Below the pieces are notes generated by a model. That model saw nothing but the letters and a program-made list of their open reading frames with translations, was not told the DNA's origin and ran no database searches. From the NCBI RefSeq assembly GCF_006345805.1, contig NC_043008.1:62930001-62994000 (forward strand): DNA of 64,000 nucleotides, written 5' to 3'. Source of the stretch: Octopus sinensis. Taxonomy: Eukaryota. Of the stretch, positions 63,901 through 64,000 are shown piece after piece. The position numbers and the translations under genes are program-made. The first letter of the stretch is position 1. Each line of letters starts with the position of its first letter.

Positions 63901-64000
63901 AAAAGAAATGCCTAAACATACTTACTCCTCACAATCACCTCACTTACACATATATTTATTAAGCATCTCTTGTTGCATTTCAGCTAACTCAAGTGTTTGA

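Overview
Eukaryotic, AT-rich, microsatellite-saturated genomic DNA. The repeat repertoire (RTE LINEs with (GAT)n tails, tRNA-derived SINEs with internal (CA)/(TA) runs, Penelope-like relics) is most consistent with an octopus/coleoid cephalopod genome (inference). No host gene could be identified with confidence, and almost every ORF in the supplied track is microsatellite noise or transposon debris. The window holds two tandem 5'-truncated RTE LINEs at the start (one with an open 523-aa RT+PHD-finger ORF and a tandemly amplified 3' UTR), an older RTE, an L1/Tx1-type 3' fragment, four SINE families, Tc1/mariner, hAT, Chapaev-like and Helitron-type DNA-transposon relics, and large satellites. 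The most striking pattern not captured by the ORF track is a set of at least five large imperfect palindromes (0.18-0.9 kb) plus several single fragments that carry minimal type-I hammerhead ribozyme motifs (CUGANGA / GAAA / NUH). Their helix III is a self-complementary palindrome that differs between families (ACACGTGT, ACTTGAGT, ATCGAT, AGTACT, AACGTT). Together with a GIY-YIG endonuclease relic at the right end, this points to a diverse Penelope-like, hammerhead-bearing fold-back element system. A second notable observation is a SINE family whose 3' tail matches the 3' end of the L1/Tx1-type LINE in the same window. Repeat boundaries are approximate (read by eye).
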